Origin: Myxococcota bacterium | Lineage (GTDB): Bacteria; Myxococcota_A; Bradymonadia; UBA7976; UBA1532 | DNA length: 64,000 nt | Assembly (NCBI GenBank): GCA_963169045.1 | Contig: CAUJDF010000075.1 | Span: forward strand, 16,689-80,688 | Direction: 5' to 3' | Part shown: piece after piece, positions 63,311 through 64,000 of the stretch | Position numbering within the stretch: position 1 is the first letter of the stretch | How the letters are laid out: each line of letters opens with the position of its first letter | The notes under the pieces: generated by a model | Seen by the model: the letters and a program-made list of their open reading frames with translations, nothing else | What the model was told of the DNA's origin: nothing | The model's database searches: none | Translations under genes and position numbers: made by a program

Positions 63311-64000
63311 TCAGTCGATCGGCATCACGGCGTCGAACAGGGCGCTCGCCGCGTCCTGCAGGCGCCCCTCGTACCAGAAGGCGTAGTCGCCGGGGAGCGG
63401 CGCCAGCGTCGTCTCCTCGAGCAGGTCGTAGACGTCGTCCGGCATGTCGGCGCCGTGCAGCATGCCGAGCGCGAGGGCGCCCGCGCTGCGCTCGAGCAGG
63501 TCGTCGGACGACGCGGCGGCCCGCAGCGGCGCCTCGTCGACGGTCGCGCCGGCCCGCGCATGGCGCGCCAGCGCCAGGACCGCGCTCGCGCGGACGCGCG
63601 CCACCGGATCGCGCGCCGCCGCCTCGAGCGCCGCGGCGGGTCCGCCGGCGAACACGCCCAGCAGCTGCGCCGCCGCGGCGCGCACGCCGGCGTCGCCGTC
63701 GCCCAGCATGCGCAGCCACGTCGGCGTCGCGTCCCGCACCGCCGCGGCGACCGCCCGCTCGGTGTCGACGTCGAAGCCGGGCCGCTCGATCGCCTCGAGC
63801 GAGAACGGCGTCGCGCAGTAGTCGGGCAGCGCGAACGTCGCGAGGTCGCGCAGCAGGCACAGCGCCGCCGCGCGACCCGCCGCCGCCGGCGACGCCGCGA
63901 TGTCGACGAGGCGCGGCACCGCCGCGAGCGTCGCGTCGAACGCGCCGCTCTCGTCGCGGTCCAGCAGCCCGACCTCGAGCGTCGTCGCCGCCTCGCGGGC
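63311..64000 (-). CDS. HEAT-repeat protein; N-terminus lies beyond the window end
   Basis: The frame stays open to base 64000. HEAT/PBS-like repeats (DAGVRAAAAQLLG, DPVARVRASAVLALAR). Confidence 0.7.
   Translation of the reverse strand, partial: AREAATTLEVGLLDRDESGAFDATLAAVPRLVDIAASPAAAGRAAALCLLRDLATFALPDYCATPFSLEAIERPGFDVDTERAVAAAVRDATPTWLRMLGDGDAGVRAAAAQLLGVFAGGPAAALEAAARDPVARVRASAVLALARHARAGATVDEAPLRAAASSDDLLERSAGALALGMLHGADMPDDVYDLLEETTLAPLPGDYAFWYEGRLQDAASALFDAVMPID

Overview
Very GC-rich (about 70% or more by eye), gene-dense chromosomal segment. I call about 47 protein-coding genes and see no rRNA, tRNA, CRISPR array, transposase or integrase. The lineage looks like Myxococcota. The evidence is three proteins ending in a MYXO-CTERM-type tail (Cys, hydrophobic stretch, Arg-rich end), many lipobox lipoproteins with Pro/Asp/Ala low-complexity linkers, a Ser/Thr kinase beside sigma-54 enhancer-binding proteins (EBPs), and repeated CxxxDxDCDGxxDE (MopE-type) motifs. 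Most long ORFs in the six-frame track are Arg/Ala/Pro/Gly-rich out-of-frame or antisense artefacts of the GC content. I kept the frame with a balanced amino-acid composition and recognisable motifs, and moved several starts to internal ATG/GTG codons that have a Shine-Dalgarno sequence or a 4-nt ATGA/GTGA overlap with the upstream stop. Housekeeping genes: PPi-dependent and ATP-dependent phosphofructokinases, GTP-PEPCK, dihydropyrimidinase, 1-Cys peroxiredoxin, an M24 aminopeptidase, SpeH, MscS, DoxX, EamA, ArsM plus an ECF sigma factor, a TolC-MFP-RND efflux operon, a CHASE hybrid histidine kinase and a GMC oxidoreductase pair. Most interesting items: (1) a minus-strand module at 38862-43809 encoding lipoprotein, GAF-EBP with a degenerate GAFTGA loop (GAHSAA), Ser/Thr kinase (HRDLS) fused to a polytopic membrane region and an ExbD/TolR-like tail, then a near-consensus sigma-54 promoter and a minimal ExbB/TolQ-like membrane protein. 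(2) A 1292-aa lipoprotein (59425-63303) built from about 17 tandem 8-Cys modules (C-x3-C-x5-C-x6-12-C-x3-C...), next to a lipoprotein with seven MopE-type repeats and a Gly-rich region. (3) A lipoprotein with a metazoan-type SRCR domain at its C-terminus (31700-32008). (4) A perfect sigma-54 promoter in front of an uncharacterised secreted protein (11448-12421). (5) A membrane-anchored c-type cytochrome interrupted by an in-frame TAG (49404-49406). All calls rest on reading the sequence and recalling family motifs. No database search was run.
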